In this document: positions 1 through 8,677 of the stretch, piece by piece | Layout of the letters: every line of letters begins with the position of its first letter | How positions within the stretch are numbered: the first letter of the stretch is position 1 | Assembly: GCA_005191425.1 (NCBI GenBank) | Contig: SUPR01000032.1 | Coordinates: forward strand, 1-32,000 | From: Candidatus Helarchaeota ASGARD archaeon Hel_GB_B | Lineage (GTDB): Archaea > Asgardarchaeota > Lokiarchaeia > Helarchaeales > HEL-GB-B | Length of the DNA stretch: 32,000 nucleotides | Direction of reading: 5' to 3' | Translations under genes and position numbers: made by a program | Notes under the pieces: model-generated | The model's database searches: none | What the model was told of the DNA's origin: nothing | Seen by the model: the letters and a program-made list of their open reading frames with translations, nothing else

Positions 1-2
1 TC

Positions 3-74
3 CCGAAAACTTTTGATAAAGTGGGCGGGATAGAGGCGTTTGGGGTCACGCCAGTATCTGTTCTTATTGAATAG
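3..74 (+). mobile_element. tnpB: Probable 3' end of an IS200/IS605-family tnpB (RNA-guided endonuclease) gene, truncated by the window start
   Basis: The open frame from position 3 reads PKTFDKVGGIEAFGVTPVSVLIE-stop (TAG 72-74). This resembles the recalled C-terminus of a TnpB group (P-x-x-F-x(2-3)-GIE-x-x-G-x-x-P-V). Bases 1-60 are 31/60 GC with GC-rich third codon positions, unlike the rest of the window, and the segment contains several hairpins. Only 23 codons are visible. Confidence 0.5.
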
Positions 75-291
75 ATATAAAATTTATTTTCCTATTATTA
101 GCATAGAAAAATGAATAAACCCTTACTGAATTAAATTCTAAATTTAATTTTATAAGAAAATTAATTGAATTTTGCACTATTTTCAATGTATTTCTCAAAA
201 AAATTTATAAAATAAAAGTATTTTTTTAATAGTTTACTTTTTTTCTATATTTATAACAATTTTTTTATTTAAATTCAGTGAATGTTTTAAT

Positions 292-1191
292 ATGAAAAGG
301 GATTTTCTTATTAATGAAACATTTAATGGTACATTTCCATTTAAACCACATTTTAAAAAAATAAATGGGTTTGATATGCATTATATAGATGAAGGAAATG
401 GAGAGCCTATTGTGTTATTGCATGGTGAACCAACATGGGGATATCTTTATAGAAAATTTATACCTCCTTTATCGAAAAAAAATAGGATAATTGTTCCAGA
501 TCACATGGGATTTGGTAAAAGTGATGTTCCCCATGATAAACCCTATCGTCTAGCTCAGCACATAGATAATTTAAGTAAATTATTGACTAAACTTAATCTC
601 AAAAATATAACCTTAGTAGTCCAAAATTGGGGCGGACCAATTGGATTTGGATTTGCAGTAAGTCATCATGATCTAATAAAAAGAATTGTTATCATGAATA
701 CTTCTGTAGGTGTAGCAAAAGAACATAGACGCTTATGGTTTGAATCAATGATTGAAAATGGAACTTATGACCAATTGATGAGTAATATGAAGATTTTTAT
801 TCCTCAGATGATGTTCAGTATTTTTGTAAAAAAATTCTCTAAAGATGAGAAAAAAATTATTAAAAAAGCATATATTGCGCCCTTTCCAAGTCCAGAATAT
901 TGTATTGGGGCTAAAGCATTTCCTTTGGACATTCCCAAGGGTAAAAATCATCCAAGCTCAGAAATTATGCAAAAAATTAGGGATGAACTCATCTTATTAA
1001 AAAATAAACCGAAGATTCTAATTTGGGGGATGAAAGATAAGATATTTCCGCCTAAAATAATTGAAATTTGGCAAAAAATATATCCCGATATAAAAATATA
1101 CAAAATAAATGAAGCAGGGCATTATCTCCAGGAAGATGCTCCCGAACAAATAGTCCAAATAATTAAAGAATTTATAAATAATACTAATTAA
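292..1191 (+). CDS. Alpha/beta-fold hydrolase of the haloalkane dehalogenase/OleB-like group; nucleophile position is Asn
   Basis: HYIDEG, LLHGEPTWGYLYR, PDHMGFGKSD, nucleophile elbow VVQNWGG (canonically QDWGG), catalytic His in AGHYLQED. Confidence 0.85.
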   Translation: MKRDFLINETFNGTFPFKPHFKKINGFDMHYIDEGNGEPIVLLHGEPTWGYLYRKFIPPLSKKNRIIVPDHMGFGKSDVPHDKPYRLAQHIDNLSKLLTKLNLKNITLVVQNWGGPIGFGFAVSHHDLIKRIVIMNTSVGVAKEHRRLWFESMIENGTYDQLMSNMKIFIPQMMFSIFVKKFSKDEKKIIKKAYIAPFPSPEYCIGAKAFPLDIPKGKNHPSSEIMQKIRDELILLKNKPKILIWGMKDKIFPPKIIEIWQKIYPDIKIYKINEAGHYLQEDAPEQIVQIIKEFINNTN

Positions 1192-1274
1192 ATTATAAAA
1201 ATAAATAAATCAAGAGAATTATTGTTATAGAATATAATAATTAATTGTTTACAATTAAATTGAAAAAAATCTTC

Positions 1275-1565
1275 TCAGATTATTTCATTACAAACTATAC
1301 TCTCAATTTTTTTTTCAAGTAGGGGGAATATTTTCTCAAAATTTTTTGGAAGATTTGCCATGTGGTCTGTAAAAGCATTTTCATCTTTATATTTTTCGTA
1401 AAAAATTATTTTATTTTTATTTTTTTTCCCTTTTAATAAATGCGGAATATAAGAAATACAATTTGGTTCAGATTCCCGTATTTTCGGTACTATTTGTTTT
1501 AGAATTCTTATAGCTTCTTCCATTTTACCTTCCTTAATAAACAAAGTGGCTATAATAGTAATCAT
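1275..1565 (-). CDS. Antibiotic-biosynthesis-monooxygenase (ABM)/putative quinol monooxygenase family protein
   Basis: ITIIATLFIKEGK...EPNCISY...IIFYEKYKDENAFTDHM pattern. ATG 1565 chosen because GTGATC (SD-like) precedes it; the ORF track starts at GTG 1574. Confidence 0.8.
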   Translation of the reverse strand: MITIIATLFIKEGKMEEAIRILKQIVPKIRESEPNCISYIPHLLKGKKNKNKIIFYEKYKDENAFTDHMANLPKNFEKIFPLLEKKIESIVCNEII

Positions 1566-1595
1566 TTTGATCACAATGAATGTTTTATTTAATCA

Positions 1596-1832
1596 TTAAG
1601 TTTTTGTATATATAATATATTCTTTTCCGATATCTTCGACCTTTAATACTGGATATCCCTCTTTTTTGAGAAATTCTTGAATATTCTTTTTAGCGGGTTG
1701 GAAGTCTCCAATAATTTTTAAAACTTTATTATTACCAATTTCTTTAATCTTTTTTCTAGTCTTTAATACTGGCATTGGACATGTCATACGGCGGACATCT
1801 AATTCCACATCATAATCCAAGTCTTTATACAC
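1596..1832 (-). CDS. tusA: TusA/SirA/YedF-family sulfur carrier protein
   Basis: LDVRRMTCPMPVLKTRK carries the CPxP motif; 78 aa, typical length. Confidence 0.9.
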   Translation of the reverse strand: MYKDLDYDVELDVRRMTCPMPVLKTRKKIKEIGNNKVLKIIGDFQPAKKNIQEFLKKEGYPVLKVEDIGKEYIIYTKT

Positions 1833-1909
1833 CTTATTCTGTTAATATATTTTTAATATATAAAATTTACAAGAAGAATATTTAGATAACCAAAAAATTT
1901 CAAGTTATA

Positions 1910-2257
1910 TTAAAAAGTTATTGTATTATCACTATTAACACAAGCATTAACAATTTCATGCATTCCTACAATTTCAACTTCATCAATAAGGTCTTCCTTT
2001 ACTACTCCTCTTGCCTGACAACAGACTCCACATACGATCACCTTAAGTCCTTCTTCTATAGAGGTCTTAAGATATTCTAAAGTATTTGGATACTCTGCAG
2101 GACCCTGATTTTTTTTGGCGACAAATACTCCATCTTGAATTAGAATCATTGTGACCTCGTGTCCATCATTAAGTGCTGTTAAAGCAAATCTTAATGCAGT
2201 ATAAGCTTTTTCTCGTCCATATGGAGTCTCAAAGACCATTACAGATAATTTAGCCAA
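1910..2257 (-). CDS. DsrE/DsrF/TusD-like sulfur relay protein
   Basis: PYGREKAYTALRFA, LIQDGVFVAKK, VCGVCCQARGV. Probable start TTG at 2257 with AGGTGA (2265-2270) upstream; the ORF track extends to 2308. Confidence 0.88.
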   Translation of the reverse strand: MAKLSVMVFETPYGREKAYTALRFALTALNDGHEVTMILIQDGVFVAKKNQGPAEYPNTLEYLKTSIEEGLKVIVCGVCCQARGVVKEDLIDEVEIVGMHEIVNACVNSDNTITF

Positions 2258-2371
2258 TTTAAATTCACCTTTAATCATGTAATTATATTTATTCAATTTC
2301 CGTATCAATTTTTTATTGGCTATCTAATTATAAACATGATATTTAAATATATCAGAAAATATAATATATAC

Positions 2372-2396
2372 TATAAGTTTCTCTTATATTTATAAG
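2372..2396. promoter_or_regulatory. Candidate LysR-type operator (T-N11-A dyad)
   Basis: TATAAG-tttct-CTTATA (2372-2388) overlaps CTTATA-tt-TATAAG (2383-2396), between the divergent lysR and dsrE starts. Confidence 0.55.
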
Positions 2397-2429
2397 AAAA
2401 TCGAAAATTATCTTAAGGAATAGGTTATA

Positions 2430-3356
2430 ATGGCTATTAAATTAAAATATTTAGAAAATTTCTTAAAAATAGTAGAATTAGGCAGCTTTTCAAAAGCAGC
2501 AAATCAACTAGATATGAGTCAAAGTGCTATAAGCCAACAAATGGAAAATATAGAAAAATATTTTGGAGTAAAAATCTTTACTAGGTCTATAAAAGGCGTT
2601 TCATTAACAGAAGAGGGAAAAATTTTATTAAAACGAACAAAATTAATTATTGATAATTTTCATCTAGCAAAAGCAGAAATTGAAGAGAAAATTAAAGGTA
2701 TCAGTGGTATTTTAAAAATCAGCAGTTCAACAACTCCTGGTCAGCATATCCTACCTATCTATTTTTCAAAATTCCAAAGAAAAAATCCAAAAATAAAATT
2801 TCAAGTTGAAATAAACGATACGACTACAAGTTTTAATAAATTACTGAATAAAGAAGTAGATTTAGCAGGGGTTGGTAGTTTAATTAATGATGTTGATTCA
2901 ATAGAATATATTATTTTAGCTGAAGAAGAGCTTGTCTTAGTAGTCCCCCCTGACCATGAACTATCTAATAAAAAAATTATTAGTCCATCTGACATACTGA
3001 AATTTCCATATATTTCAAGGGAATCCACTTCTGGAACAAGAATTGAAAGTGAGAAATTATTAAGAAAAATGGGTATTTCTCCTAAAAAATTAAGAATTTT
3101 TTGTGAGCTAACTACTACTGAGTCTGTTCTTACTGCCGTTTCTGAAGGAATGGGTATTAGTTTAATTTCATCAATTGCTGCCTCCAAGGCAGAAGCTGCT
3201 AATTTAGTAAAGTGCATAAGGTTATCTGATTCTGAATTAATTAAAAGGAAATTATATTTAATTAGATTAAAAAATCATGACACAAAAAATCATTTAATAA
3301 ATTTATTCTGGGATTTTGTTAAAAAAACATCTTTTATAAAGAATTTGGATACATAA
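2430..3356 (+). CDS. LysR-type transcriptional regulator, CysL/YeiE-like subgroup
   Basis: N-terminal HTH GSFSKAANQLDMSQSAISQQ...LFTR-like segment and LTEEG; effector-domain motifs SSTTPGQHILP and RESTSGTR. Confidence 0.92.
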   Translation: MAIKLKYLENFLKIVELGSFSKAANQLDMSQSAISQQMENIEKYFGVKIFTRSIKGVSLTEEGKILLKRTKLIIDNFHLAKAEIEEKIKGISGILKISSSTTPGQHILPIYFSKFQRKNPKIKFQVEINDTTTSFNKLLNKEVDLAGVGSLINDVDSIEYIILAEEELVLVVPPDHELSNKKIISPSDILKFPYISRESTSGTRIESEKLLRKMGISPKKLRIFCELTTTESVLTAVSEGMGISLISSIAASKAEAANLVKCIRLSDSELIKRKLYLIRLKNHDTKNHLINLFWDFVKKTSFIKNLDT

Positions 3357-3440
3357 AAGTAATATAAAAAATATTTTTACTATTTAAGGCTTAAATTCGG
3401 CACGTAGGGATCAATATTTGATTATTGATAGTCTTGGATC

Positions 3441-4664
3441 TTATATTATGGTTATTTTATCAAGTTTAATTCCTTTAGTTTCCTTTACAAAAAGAATTAC
3501 AAAAGGTATCATTGTCAATAGAAAAATACTATTTAGTAAAAAACTCCAACCTAATCCAATAAATACTAGAATATATGCTGTAAAAAAAGACCCAACAGTT
3601 GTTCCCACTGCATAACTAAAACTTCTGAACCCAGCCCCAGTCCCTCTTATATCTGTAGGAAAAGATTCAATAGCAATCATTCTTGATATTACAAATAGCC
3701 CCCAAAATGATATGCTGACCAAAAAACCGCCTATAAAACTAGCGATGAAATTCCCTAAAATAATCATAATAAGTCCTAATGGAATTATCACACTAAATAT
3801 ACAGATTACTGGTTTTCTACCAATATAATCCGAAAGTATCCCTGCTAAAATATAACCTATTATTGCTCCTAATACAATTGCTGTTATTATTAAATCAATT
3901 TGTGAAGTATCAAAATGCTTTTCAGCGGCTAAATATGGTTCTCCAGAAATTAAAAATACATAATTCCAACCGACAAAAAACCCTAATAGAGAAATTGTAA
4001 TTGTACTTTTAATAATTTTTCTGTCAAAAATTTTTACAAATTTTTTAAGATTAAATCTAATTCCTTTTCGATCCTTTTTTTGTACCTTCATTTCCCTATA
4101 AATTCTTGATTCTTTGAACATAAATGCCAAAAAAGCTATACCTATTGCAATATATGCAAACCAAGTCATTGATCTCCACCCAAAACTAGGAATTAATAAT
4201 GCCCTAAATAACGGGATAGTTAGTCCACCACCTACTGACCCAAATACTAGCACAAGCGATATATATCCTGCCCGGTGCTTTTCGGAACTCTGCTCAGAAA
4301 GGTAAATGACCCAAACATCACTACTAAAAAATATATATATAAAAAACAGACCAATCGTATATTGAAGTGGCGTTGTTGATAAAGAAATAAATAAAGAAGA
4401 CAACCCTAAACCTAGAAGGACTATAAAAATCATTATCCGTCTTCCTAGCAAATCACATAAATATTGGTTAAAAAATACAAAATATGTCCCGATACTGGCT
4501 ATTCCTACAATGATTAGATATACACTATGCGTAATTCCAAATTCTAATTCAATAAAGGACCCATATGAGTTTGGATAATTTGTACAATAACTGTCAAAAA
4601 TATCATTAAGACATAAAAAAATCAATAGCAACGGAAAATAGTATTTTCTATCCTCTTTTAACAT
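3441..4664 (-). CDS. MFS transporter
   Basis: About 12 hydrophobic segments; motif-A-like DLLGRR and GILSDYIGRK; ESFPTDIRGTG; terminal ETKG (sugar-porter-like). Confidence 0.9.
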   Translation of the reverse strand: MLKEDRKYYFPLLLIFLCLNDIFDSYCTNYPNSYGSFIELEFGITHSVYLIIVGIASIGTYFVFFNQYLCDLLGRRIMIFIVLLGLGLSSLFISLSTTPLQYTIGLFFIYIFFSSDVWVIYLSEQSSEKHRAGYISLVLVFGSVGGGLTIPLFRALLIPSFGWRSMTWFAYIAIGIAFLAFMFKESRIYREMKVQKKDRKGIRFNLKKFVKIFDRKIIKSTITISLLGFFVGWNYVFLISGEPYLAAEKHFDTSQIDLIITAIVLGAIIGYILAGILSDYIGRKPVICIFSVIIPLGLIMIILGNFIASFIGGFLVSISFWGLFVISRMIAIESFPTDIRGTGAGFRSFSYAVGTTVGSFFTAYILVFIGLGWSFLLNSIFLLTMIPFVILFVKETKGIKLDKITII

Positions 4665-4698
4665 ATGGTTTATTATTTTACTATTGAAATATAAAAGT

Positions 4699-4728
4699 AA
4701 CCTATATCAGTAATAAACAACCTATATC
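4699..4728. repeat. Two exact 10-bp direct repeats AACCTATATC with a 20-bp period in a divergent promoter region
   Basis: Copies at 4699-4708 and 4719-4728, between the MFS and DUF362 starts. Confidence 0.5.
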
Positions 4729-4794
4729 TATAGTAAATTGTTAAAATATAATTTAGTTTAATTTGTTTTTATTAATGGAAATAAGGGATTTGAT

Positions 4795-6507
4795 TTGAAA
4801 TCTGAAACAAGTAAAGTATTTGTATTAAAAATATCTGGTTCTATTGAAGACACGATTAACCAAGTATTTGACCAATTGGGTGGTATTTCCAAATTTATTC
4901 CTCCTGGAAAGATAATTATTAAGCTTAATGGGGTCCATTTCACTAAATTTTCTTATACCGACCCCCTTGTACTTGATGCAGTATTAAAAGTTTTGATTAA
5001 AAATGGTGCAGATCCAACTAAAATTTTTGTAATCGAAAATTGCACATCTGGTTTATTTACCAGGTTCGTATTTAAACTTACAGGTTTTGACGAGGTTTGC
5101 AAAAAAAATGGAGTAAATATTATCTATATGGACGAAGGTTCAACTAAAAAGATCAAATTAGGTAAAGAAAAATATGATGTTGAAATTTCAAAATTTGCTT
5201 ATGATGAGCTTATAAATCCTGAAAATAGAAAAAATAACATATATATAGAAATACCTAAATTAAAAACGCATTGGTGTACAAAAATAACGCTTGGAATTAA
5301 ACTCCAATTAGGTATGCTTAGAGATGAAAGCAAAGCCTTAAGACATCACTATTATCATGAACAACGTCTTATAGATATTTTCGAGGTATTTAAACCCGAT
5401 TTATGTATTGTTGATGGAATAAACGGAGTTGCTGTTGGCCCATGTCCCCCTCAGAACCCCGATATTTTACCTGATTACATTTTCAACTATAATTTGATTA
5501 TAGCTGGGACTGACATCGTAGCAGTGGATGCTGTTGGTGCTAAACTTCTGGGATTAAAAAATCTTGAAGTCCCGACCACTAAAATAGCCCATGATAGAGA
5601 ACTAGGCATCGGTGATATTAACAAAATTGAAATAATAACAATTCCTCAAATGGACATAGATTCATTAGTACAAAAAGTCCCTTGGGAATTAAGAAGAATT
5701 TTCCCTGACAATGTCGATATAATTTATGGGAATGAACTTGCATGTTATGAAGGCTGTGTAGGTCTAACTTTAGTTTATTTGGAAGAATTGACTCTTGAAA
5801 ATCCGTCACTTAAAAAATCTGCGTCTTTCACACTAATTTTTGGAAAAGGATTTGATAAAAAAAGTTTAATAAACCTAAAAGAGCCTGTCTGTTTAATGGG
5901 GACATGCTGCGTTAATGAAATTGGTGATTTTATAAAATCAAAATATGAGAAAGTTTATGAAGCTAAATCTTGTGCTAATTTAGGGCAATATTGTAATTTA
6001 CTTCTTAAAGTTATGCAAATTAATCCACTTTCTCAGATACCTACTGATAAAATCCCTCTACCGGAATTATTATGGTCCTATATTTTAGCTAAATTGAATA
6101 AATTAGACGCAAGTTTACCGGAATTACCTTCAGAAAATGAAATTCTAGATTTAGTAGCGTCAAATTTAAATGTATTTTCAAAGCAAACCTTACAAGATCC
6201 AAAATTTAAAAATACTATTGAAATATTAATGGCTAGCCCTAATGAAAATATAAGAGCAAGCACTATAAAAATAGCAATTAATATGGCTAATTATCTTAAC
6301 TCAAATTATCTCGAAATTGTCCGTAATTCCTTATATGATGATTCGAAAAAAGTTATCAAATCACTCCTGAAGGAACTTTTTAAAATAGGCAGAAAAAATT
6401 TGAACATTATAAAAGAATTAAAGTCGTATATTGAGAAAATTAATCAATTGAATAAAGATGAATCTATAAAAAAGCAATGCACAAAAGTACTTAAATTATT
6501 AAATTGA
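4795..6507 (+). CDS. DUF362-family putative Fe-S protein with a C-terminal HEAT-like extension
   Basis: IIIKLNG, IPKLKTHWCTKITLGIK, IVDGING, AGTDIVAVDAVGAKLLG, Cys segment CYEGC...GTCC...SCAN, followed by a helical repeat tail. Confidence 0.8.
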   Translation: MKSETSKVFVLKISGSIEDTINQVFDQLGGISKFIPPGKIIIKLNGVHFTKFSYTDPLVLDAVLKVLIKNGADPTKIFVIENCTSGLFTRFVFKLTGFDEVCKKNGVNIIYMDEGSTKKIKLGKEKYDVEISKFAYDELINPENRKNNIYIEIPKLKTHWCTKITLGIKLQLGMLRDESKALRHHYYHEQRLIDIFEVFKPDLCIVDGINGVAVGPCPPQNPDILPDYIFNYNLIIAGTDIVAVDAVGAKLLGLKNLEVPTTKIAHDRELGIGDINKIEIITIPQMDIDSLVQKVPWELRRIFPDNVDIIYGNELACYEGCVGLTLVYLEELTLENPSLKKSASFTLIFGKGFDKKSLINLKEPVCLMGTCCVNEIGDFIKSKYEKVYEAKSCANLGQYCNLLLKVMQINPLSQIPTDKIPLPELLWSYILAKLNKLDASLPELPSENEILDLVASNLNVFSKQTLQDPKFKNTIEILMASPNENIRASTIKIAINMANYLNSNYLEIVRNSLYDDSKKVIKSLLKELFKIGRKNLNIIKELKSYIEKINQLNKDESIKKQCTKVLKLLN

Positions 6508-6718
6508 GCAATTACTCTTTATATTAATTGAAAGTAATTAATAATTTTAACTCTTCTTAATTTAATTGTGATTAACAAATTATTCCCTTAAGAAATTCTT
6601 TTTTCTTTTCTATATCATTAATTAAATAAAAAAAATGCGGGTAATTTATTGTTCTATTGGTAATTTAAAATGTTTTAAAGAAAATGTTTATCTAATAAAT
6701 ACAACTTATGTAATTATC

Positions 6719-7789
6719 ATGAAAAAATTGACGAAAGAAAAATATTATGATGCGGTTTATGGGTCATGGCTGGGGAGGTGTATTGGATCAAGATTAGGGG
6801 CCCCATTAGAATTAAAGCCATATCTCTGGATCAAAAAAAGATATGGTGAAATTAATAACTATATAAAGCCACTGAAAGAGAAATACGTGAATGATGATGA
6901 AATGTATGAAATTGTTGGGTTATTAACTTTAGAAAGACATGGGATCGATATTAATTCAAAAATTATAGGAGAAGAATGGCTTAGAGAATTATATACAATG
7001 ATGTTTACTGCTGAAAAAGCAGCTTATAATAATATGAAAAAAAGAGGTATAATGCCACCTGAATCCGGCAAAAAAAATATCTATTATGATTTTATTGGAG
7101 GGCAAATGAAAGGTGATATATGGGGTCAAATTGCCCCATGTCCTGAAATTGCAGCTCACTATGCCAAAATTGATGGGGAAGTAGCTCATAGTGGTGATGG
7201 TATTCTTGGAGAGATTTTTATTGCCGTATTAATATCTTTAGGTTTTTTTAACCCAAACATTAAGGAAAATATTAACGAGGCGTTAAAATACATTCCAGTT
7301 GATAGTAATTATCATAGATTCATAAAACTTGCAATTAATTTGCATTCTAGATATTCAAATTGGAGATATTCTTTGAGAAAATTAAAAGGATATTGGAGAA
7401 AATTCAAAAAAGAATTAATATCCCAATCTTCAATTAAAAGAAAAACTATATTAATGACACCATTTAGTGCTGTCCATGTATTACCCAATGCAAGTATTAT
7501 AACTCTATCTTTATTATATGGTAACAATGATTTCGAAAAATCCATTTGTATTGCAGCCATGTGCGGTTTTGATACAGATTGTAATTGTGGTAATGTAGGT
7601 GCTATACTCGGTACAATATGTGGGGCTCAGAATATCCCTCATAAATGGAAGGATCCTTTAAATGATATGTTTTATACAAAAACTAGGTCAATTAAAGAAA
7701 TAAAAATTTCAGAAATCGCAAAAAGAGTATGTCGTATCGGAGAAAAAATTATTCAAAATAAATGTAATAATATCTTGTTAATTGATTAA
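6719..7789 (+). CDS. ADP-ribosylglycohydrolase (DraG/ARH) family protein
   Basis: YGSWLGRCIGSRLGAPLE, NDDE metal site, GFDTDCNCGNVGAILG. ATG 6719 (MKKLTKEKYYDA) preferred over 6635. Confidence 0.88.
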   Translation: MKKLTKEKYYDAVYGSWLGRCIGSRLGAPLELKPYLWIKKRYGEINNYIKPLKEKYVNDDEMYEIVGLLTLERHGIDINSKIIGEEWLRELYTMMFTAEKAAYNNMKKRGIMPPESGKKNIYYDFIGGQMKGDIWGQIAPCPEIAAHYAKIDGEVAHSGDGILGEIFIAVLISLGFFNPNIKENINEALKYIPVDSNYHRFIKLAINLHSRYSNWRYSLRKLKGYWRKFKKELISQSSIKRKTILMTPFSAVHVLPNASIITLSLLYGNNDFEKSICIAAMCGFDTDCNCGNVGAILGTICGAQNIPHKWKDPLNDMFYTKTRSIKEIKISEIAKRVCRIGEKIIQNKCNNILLID

Positions 7790-7820
7790 ATAATTATTCA
7801 AGTTATTTGGGTGTTCGTGA

Positions 7821-8657
7821 ATGAAAATACCTACAAAAAAGGAAATGTACTCTTACTATTTCCAAGAACCTATTAATAAAAAATTTGAAAAGGAAATTAA
7901 ACATGTAAAAATAAAATATTTCTATTTTCAAGACCCAATTGAATTAAATACGAGAGAAAATACTGTGTTTAATTTTTGTATATTAAAAGGAACTTCGATA
8001 TTATTAAGAGATAAAAGAAAATTTAATTTGTCCCAATTTGACATGGTCTTTGTTCCTGAGAAAGATAAAATTCAGATTATTCCAAATTCTAAAGATTTAT
8101 ATGCAAATAAAATCTGTTTAATAGAAGCACCAGTTTTAAACAAAATCAATGAAAATTTAAATCCTCAATTTGAAATAAAAAAATTTTCATTTAAAAATTT
8201 TATTCCCAGAGGCGAACCTGGTAATTCAGAAAGGTTGGCTACATATAGAGAAGTATGGACAGCTTTTAGAAATGGATATTTTATGTCTGGTTTCACTAAA
8301 ATTCCAAAAAAAGTATTTGGTCAAGGTGTTATAACAAGTGTCAATCTAGAAAGGTCTGACAATGGAAAAATAAAAATATATTCTCATATCCATCCAGATT
8401 ATCCCGAAATATATATATTTTGTATTGATGATGATACTAAAACAATTGCAGTAACTCAATATTTAATTAATTCTAAAGGTGAATCTGTCTGTATGGATTT
8501 AGTTGATGGTGATGGCTTATTTTTTGACGGTTCATTAGGGCATATGAACTTTATTAGGCCAATATACAGAGAATTAAGATATTTAATGTATATGTGGATT
8601 ATTCCAACTTTTGGTAAAGAACAAGATATTAAACCGATCACATTATTTACCAATTAA
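7821..8657 (+). CDS. Divergent KduI/IolB-like double-cupin sugar isomerase
   Basis: N-terminal cupin (FCILKG...FDMVFVP) and C-terminal metal motif YSHIHPDYPEIYIF...GHMN...YMWII, comparable to the HxH-x3-E site of KduI/IolB. Confidence 0.5.
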   Translation: MKIPTKKEMYSYYFQEPINKKFEKEIKHVKIKYFYFQDPIELNTRENTVFNFCILKGTSILLRDKRKFNLSQFDMVFVPEKDKIQIIPNSKDLYANKICLIEAPVLNKINENLNPQFEIKKFSFKNFIPRGEPGNSERLATYREVWTAFRNGYFMSGFTKIPKKVFGQGVITSVNLERSDNGKIKIYSHIHPDYPEIYIFCIDDDTKTIAVTQYLINSKGESVCMDLVDGDGLFFDGSLGHMNFIRPIYRELRYLMYMWIIPTFGKEQDIKPITLFTN

Positions 8658-8677
8658 AAAAAAGATATTTAAAATTT

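Noticed and set aside
1-60. GC-rich hairpins ending in ...CGCCA, suggesting a tRNA or riboswitch
   Set aside because: There is no TTCGA T-loop, cloverleaf or riboswitch consensus; a tnpB-like coding end explains the segment better.
1596-2308. Selenocysteine recoding in DsrE or TusA, suspected because of the LysR subgroup and known Asgard selenoproteins
   Set aside because: The Cys motifs are encoded by ordinary Cys codons, both ORFs are full length without an in-frame TGA, and I saw no SECIS-like element.
2258-2308. N-terminal extension of DsrE in the ORF track
   Set aside because: TTG 2257 has an AGGTGA SD and gives the typical family length.
2801-3217. 138-aa antisense ORF inside lysR
   Set aside because: Shadow ORF with no motifs, fully opposite a well-supported gene.
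6635-6718. N-terminal extension of the ARH gene
   Set aside because: AT-rich and intergenic-like; family similarity starts at ATG 6719.
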